32,000 bases of DNA from Pasteurella multocida (lineage in GTDB: Bacteria; Pseudomonadota; Gammaproteobacteria; Enterobacterales; Pasteurellaceae), in assembly GCF_900187275.1 (NCBI RefSeq), contig NZ_LT906458.1, forward strand, positions 1,440,001 to 1,472,000, read 5' to 3'. The notes beneath the pieces were generated by a model. It saw nothing but the letters and a program-made list of their open reading frames with translations. It was not told the origin of the DNA and did not search any database. Numbering within the stretch: the stretch's first letter is position 1; each line of letters begins with the position of its first letter. Shown here piece by piece: positions 30,365-32,000 of the stretch. The position numbers and the translations under genes are program-made.

Positions 30365-30709
30365 TTAGCCCCATAGTTTCTCAAGCTGATACATCTCTCG
30401 ACTGTCTGCTTGCATAATATGCACAATCGCTTGCCCTAAATCAACGACGATCCAATCTGCCGTTTCTTGTCCTTCATCGCCAAAGGTTTCAAATCCTGCT
30501 TGTTTACATTCCGTAATCAAATTTTGTGCCAGCGAAGACACATGACGACTCGAGTTGCCAGTACAAATTACCATATCATCAGTAATCGGCGATTTGCCAC
30601 GCACATCTAAGCGTAAAATATCCGTGGCTTTTAAATCATCTAACTTATCAATAATAAAATCGACTAAGGTATTCAAAATAGGTTTTCCTTCATGATAAAA
30701 AAGTCGCAA
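30365..30709 (-). CDS. rsfS: Ribosomal silencing factor RsfS (iojap family)
   Basis: 114 aa that aligns by eye to E. coli RsfS ([36 protein letters not shown]). Confidence 0.92.
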   Translation of the reverse strand: MRLFYHEGKPILNTLVDFIIDKLDDLKATDILRLDVRGKSPITDDMVICTGNSSRHVSSLAQNLITECKQAGFETFGDEGQETADWIVVDLGQAIVHIMQADSREMYQLEKLWG

Positions 30710-30732
30710 ATTCTATCACGACTTCAATGGGC

Positions 30733-32000
30733 TTAAAAGTTTCGTTTTAGACTGCGCTTTTTCTGAAAAGTGCGGTTTGAATTTGCACTATTTTTGCTGT
30801 TGTTATTGCCACGCTTGATCCGATACGGTTTTGGCAAGGTCAATAACGCCGCCACATCATATTGACTGACAGGAATACTATGTGAGATATATTCTTCAAT
30901 TGCGGGCAAATTCATCGCATATTCTTCACACGCAAAACTAATCGACACTCCACTCTCCCCCGCCCGCCCAGTACGACCGATACGGTGTACATAGTCCTCG
31001 CGATCATCTGGCAAGTCATAATTAAACACATGCGACACATCAGAGATATGTAAACCACGTGCAGCCACATCGGTCGCCACGAGAATATCCAAATGCCCTT
31101 CGGTAAATTGCTTCAACAGTGAAAGGCGTTTTTTCTGTGCGACATCACCAGTGAGTAGCCCCACACGGTGACCATCTGCCGCCAGATAGCCCCAGATGTC
31201 TTCACAACGATGTTTCGTGTTAGCAAAAATAATGCAACGTTCTGGCCATTCTTCTTCTAACAACGTGAGCAACAACGCCATCTTATCTTGGTTTGAAGGA
31301 TAAAAAAGTTCTTCTTTAATACGATGTCCCGTTTTTTGTAAGGGTTCAATTTCTACATATTCCGGATCATTCATATCCTCAAACGCCAATTCGCGCACTT
31401 TATAGGATAAGGTCGCAGAAAATAGCATGGTCAAACGGTGTTGTGGCGCTGGGCATTTACGCAATAAATAACGAATATCTTTAATAAAGCCAAGATCAAA
31501 CATCCGATCCGCTTCATCTAACACGACCACTTGAATTTTGTCTAAACGCACAATGCCTTGTTTCACATAGTCAATCACACGTCCAGTGGTACCAATTAAA
31601 ATATCAACACCTTGCTCAATGGCTTTGAGTTGTTTCTCATAGCCATCACCGCCATAGGCAAGTCCTGTTTTTAATCCTGTGGCTTTCGTAAGTAACGCTG
31701 CATCATTATTGATTTGAACAGCAAGCTCACGCGTTGGTGCAAGAATCAAGGCGCGCGGCTGACGTCCCCCTTTATCGCCTTGTTGAGTTAATAAATGATG
31801 AAAAGTCGCTGTTAAAAACGCCATCGTTTTGCCTGTACCGGTTTGTGCTTGTCCAGCCACATCTTTTCCCGCCAAACTCATCGGCAAAGAAAGTGCTTGA
31901 ATCGGGGTACAGTAATCAAAGCCTTTTTCTTGTAACGCAGCAAGCACCTGATGGTGCAAGGGTAAATCAGAAAAACGAAGTTGCGATAAATAATTATTTT
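30733..32000 (-). CDS. rhlB: ATP-dependent RNA helicase RhlB (DEAD-box); N-terminus lies beyond the window end
   Basis: It carries the [15 protein letters not shown] and [10 protein letters not shown] motifs and is colinear with E. coli RhlB as recalled. The frame stays open upstream of the ORF-track start (..[15 protein letters not shown]), so the true start is past base 32000. Confidence 0.93.
   Translation of the reverse strand, partial: NNYLSQLRFSDLPLHHQVLAALQEKGFDYCTPIQALSLPMSLAGKDVAGQAQTGTGKTMAFLTATFHHLLTQQGDKGGRQPRALILAPTRELAVQINNDAALLTKATGLKTGLAYGGDGYEKQLKAIEQGVDILIGTTGRVIDYVKQGIVRLDKIQVVVLDEADRMFDLGFIKDIRYLLRKCPAPQHRLTMLFSATLSYKVRELAFEDMNDPEYVEIEPLQKTGHRIKEELFYPSNQDKMALLLTLLEEEWPERCIIFANTKHRCEDIWGYLAADGHRVGLLTGDVAQKKRLSLLKQFTEGHLDILVATDVAARGLHISDVSHVFNYDLPDDREDYVHRIGRTGRAGESGVSISFACEEYAMNLPAIEEYISHSIPVSQYDVAALLTLPKPYRIKRGNNNSKNSANSNRTFQKKRSLKRNF

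Overview
This window looks like chromosomal DNA from a naturally competent Pasteurellaceae, probably Haemophilus-like. It carries 14 perfect copies of the Hin-type uptake signal core AAGTGCGGT, several arranged as inverted pairs at gene ends. Most of the window is ordinary core genome. On the + strand: a 5'-truncated DeoR-family repressor, then leuA-leuB-leuC-leuD behind a Leu leader peptide and attenuator, then a YhbP-like protein. Next come mreBCD (-), rnr-rlmB (+), sodC (-), and uvrA (-) divergent from ssb (+). Downstream is folD (-), then a - strand block: lipA, lipB, ybeD, dacA, rlpA, rodA, mrdA, rlmH, rsfS, and rhlB (its 5' end lies beyond the window). Accessory content is confined to about 17.6-22.6 kb. 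It comprises an IS200-type element inserted just after the ssb terminator, a decayed start-less ORF, and a tRNA-Pro(UGG)-tRNA-Arg(UCU) operon. These are followed by two abutting pure tandem-repeat arrays (9-mer x ~17, 8-mer x ~11), a compact trimeric-autotransporter adhesin gene and an orphan DUF417/RclC-like membrane protein. I found no convincing new multi-gene system: no defence-like operon, CRISPR array, reverse transcriptase or nuclease/ATPase cassette. The most unusual locus is the repeat-array plus adhesin module next to tRNA-Arg. Smaller regulatory and structural observations are a Leu attenuator, an ERIC-like palindromic insert inside the leu operon, CRP-S and SOS boxes between uvrA and ssb, a PUR box at folD, and a 14-bp long-range inverted repeat between mreB and rnr. 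All calls come from reading the sequence and from recalled family motifs. No database search was run.
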